Assembly (NCBI GenBank): GCA_963737155.1
Contig: CAVTRN010000001.1
Location: 1,280,001 to 1,344,000, forward strand
Direction of reading: 5' to 3'
Source: Nitrospirota bacterium
Lineage (GTDB): Bacteria; Nitrospirota; UBA9217
DNA length: 64,000 nucleotides
Shown here: positions 61,967 to 64,000 of the stretch, piece by piece
How the letters are laid out: every line of letters begins with the position of its first letter
Numbering within the stretch: position 1 is the stretch's first letter
Made by a program: the position numbers and the translations under genes
Notes under the pieces: generated by a model
Database searches by the model: none
What the model was told of the DNA's origin: nothing
Seen by the model: only the letters and a program-made list of their open reading frames with translations

Positions 61967-64000
61967 ATGAGCAACACGATTCTTTTCGCCCTGATATGCG
62001 GGATTGCCGGCGTTATCTACGGCATCATGACCGCAATTTGGGTGAACAAGCAGGATGCGGGAAATGCCAAAATGAGGGAAATTTCCGATGCAGTGAAGGA
62101 AGGCGCCTATGCATTCATAGCGCGCGAGTACAAGACAGTCGCAATCGTCGCAGTGATTCTGGTCGGGATACTAACCTTCGTTCCCGCCCTCGGAATGTGG
62201 GCAGCCGTCGGATTTATCATTGGTACTGTGGGTTCCGCCCTCGCCGGCTTCATCGGCATGTGGGTGTCGCTGCGTGCAAATGTGCGTACTGCCGCTGCAG
62301 CGAGCAAGGGCCTCCAAGCCGCGCTCAGTCTCGCGTTCAAAGGCGGCTCTGTGACCGGGATCATGGTTGTGGGTCTTGGCATCATCGGCCTTGCTGGTTT
62401 TTACCTCATTGCCAAGACGTTTGCTCCGGCCGAGCAGGTATCCCATGCTCTCATCGGGCTCGGCTTCGGCTGCTCGCTTATGAGCGTGTTCGCCCGTATC
62501 GCCGGCGGTATCTATACCAAGGCTGCTGACGTGGGTGCTGACCTCGTTGGTAAGGTTGAGAAGAATATCCCCGAAGATGACCCGCGCAACCCGGCTGTGA
62601 TCGCCGACAACGTGGGCGACAACGTGGGCGATTGTGCTGGCATGGCTGCTGACCTCTATGAGACCTACACGGTCACCCTCGTAGCCGCCATGCTCCTCGC
62701 CAAGACCGTGTTCGGCGCGGACAGCCCCTGGATCGAGTTCCCGCTTATGCTCGGTGGCGTTTCGATCATTGCTTCCATTATTGGCACCTATGCTGTGAAG
62801 CTCGGCAAGAATAACTACATCATGGGCGCACTGTACAAGGGCCTTGCCGTTGCAGGTATTATTGCGGCAATAGCGTTCTATTTCGTGTCCAAAAGCTTTA
62901 TTAGTGACCTCGGGACCAATGCCGGAGTTTTTACGGCGAACACGGTATTTTTGATCTCTCTTATCGGTCTTGTCCTCACCGGGCTGATCGTGTGGATTAC
63001 CGAATACTTTACCGCTAAGGAGTATTCCCCGGTGCAACACATTGCACAGGCCAGTCTAACCGGCCATGGAACGAATGTGATCGCGGGACTCGCGGTCAGC
63101 ATGAAGTCCACCGCAGCGCCTGTGATCGTGATCGTTGCCTCGATCCTCAGCGCGTACTGGCTTGGCGGCGGATTCTCCGGCCAAGCGAACGCAGCGGCCG
63201 GTGGCATCTTTGCTATCGCGCTGGCAGCTGTATCCATGCTTTCCATGACAGGTATCGTCGTGGCAATTGACTCTTACGGGCCGATCACGGACAATGCGGG
63301 CGGTGTCGCTGAAATGGCTGGGCTTCCGAAAGAGATCCGCGATATCACGGATCCACTCGATGCGGTCGGCAACACCACTAAGGCAGTGACCAAAGGCTAT
63401 GCTATCGGTTCCGCGGCTCTTGCCGCTTTGGTGCTTTTTTCAGAATATTCACGCTCTTTCGGAGCGACGATCCTGTTCGACCTTTCGAATCCGATGGTCC
63501 TCGCCGGCCTGTTCATCGGCGGTTTGCTCCCCTACTACTTTGGCTCGCTCCTCATGGAGTCCGTGGGTAAGGCTGCGGGTGGCGTGGTGGAGGAAGTGCG
63601 CAGACAGTTCCGCGAGATTCCGGGCATCATGGAAGGCACAGGAAAACCTCAGTATGGCAAGTGCGTTGACATCGTGACCAAAGGTGCCATCAATGAGATG
63701 ATGGTTCCGGCGCTTCTCCCGGTAGTCGTCCCGGTCCTGGTTGGTCTCCTCTTGGGCAAACAAGCCCTTGGCGGCGTGCTTATCGGCGCCATCCTAACCG
63801 GTCTGTTCCAAGCCATTGCCATGACGAGCGGCGGCGGCGCTTGGGACAATGCCAAGAAATCCTTTGAAGATGGCGTTACCGACAGCAAAGGCGTCGTGCA
63901 TAAGAAGGGCAGCGACGGTCACAAAGCATCGGTTACCGGCGACACTGTCGGCGATCCTTATAAGGACACTGCAGGTCCGGCTATCAACCCGATGATCAAG
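61967..64000 (+). CDS. hppA: Membrane-bound H+-translocating pyrophosphatase, K+-independent type (partial, runs off the window)
   Basis: [40 protein letters not shown] (Lys indicates K+-independent), [19 protein letters not shown]. Confidence 0.95.
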   Translation, partial: MSNTILFALICGIAGVIYGIMTAIWVNKQDAGNAKMREISDAVKEGAYAFIAREYKTVAIVAVILVGILTFVPALGMWAAVGFIIGTVGSALAGFIGMWVSLRANVRTAAAASKGLQAALSLAFKGGSVTGIMVVGLGIIGLAGFYLIAKTFAPAEQVSHALIGLGFGCSLMSVFARIAGGIYTKAADVGADLVGKVEKNIPEDDPRNPAVIADNVGDNVGDCAGMAADLYETYTVTLVAAMLLAKTVFGADSPWIEFPLMLGGVSIIASIIGTYAVKLGKNNYIMGALYKGLAVAGIIAAIAFYFVSKSFISDLGTNAGVFTANTVFLISLIGLVLTGLIVWITEYFTAKEYSPVQHIAQASLTGHGTNVIAGLAVSMKSTAAPVIVIVASILSAYWLGGGFSGQANAAAGGIFAIALAAVSMLSMTGIVVAIDSYGPITDNAGGVAEMAGLPKEIRDITDPLDAVGNTTKAVTKGYAIGSAALAALVLFSEYSRSFGATILFDLSNPMVLAGLFIGGLLPYYFGSLLMESVGKAAGGVVEEVRRQFREIPGIMEGTGKPQYGKCVDIVTKGAINEMMVPALLPVVVPVLVGLLLGKQALGGVLIGAILTGLFQAIAMTSGGGAWDNAKKSFEDGVTDSKGVVHKKGSDGHKASVTGDTVGDPYKDTAGPAINPMIK

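Noticed and set aside
1-64000. CRISPR arrays, tRNA or rRNA genes
   Set aside because: No regularly spaced direct repeats, cloverleaf/T-loop signatures or rRNA-like segments were noticed by eye.

Overview
Bacterial chromosome segment, most likely from an anaerobic sulfur-cycling Gram-negative organism (gene style suggests Nitrospirota/Thermodesulfovibrionia or a deltaproteobacterium; this is inference). Intact modules, left to right: TonB-dependent receptor-exbBD-tonB preceded by a RAPP-ending leader ORF, a POT peptide transporter, lpxC with a sigma54-type promoter, TPR-dppDF, an orphan ParC-like topoisomerase subunit, pdhABC, an NHEJ cluster with two tandem Ku genes and a split LigD, a cytoplasmic YkuD (ElsL-like)-Mur ligase fusion, tupABC plus a signal-less TupA paralogue opposite a LysR gene, cysM, an MFS gene, panE, rdgB, and an adk-sat-aprBA-qmoABC-CBS-hppA energy cluster cut off at the right edge. 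The apparent intergenic DNA holds many decayed genes that the ORF track misses: a deletion-fused hgcA/hgcB mercury-methylation relic, an internally deleted IS110 element that keeps both ends, an ORF-less group II intron relic in the cysM leader, and ISL3, IS607, nfi, pepE, two DHFR-like, DUF169, tupA and deaminase remnants. No rRNA, tRNA or CRISPR array was seen. All family calls come from manual translation and recalled motifs, not database searches.
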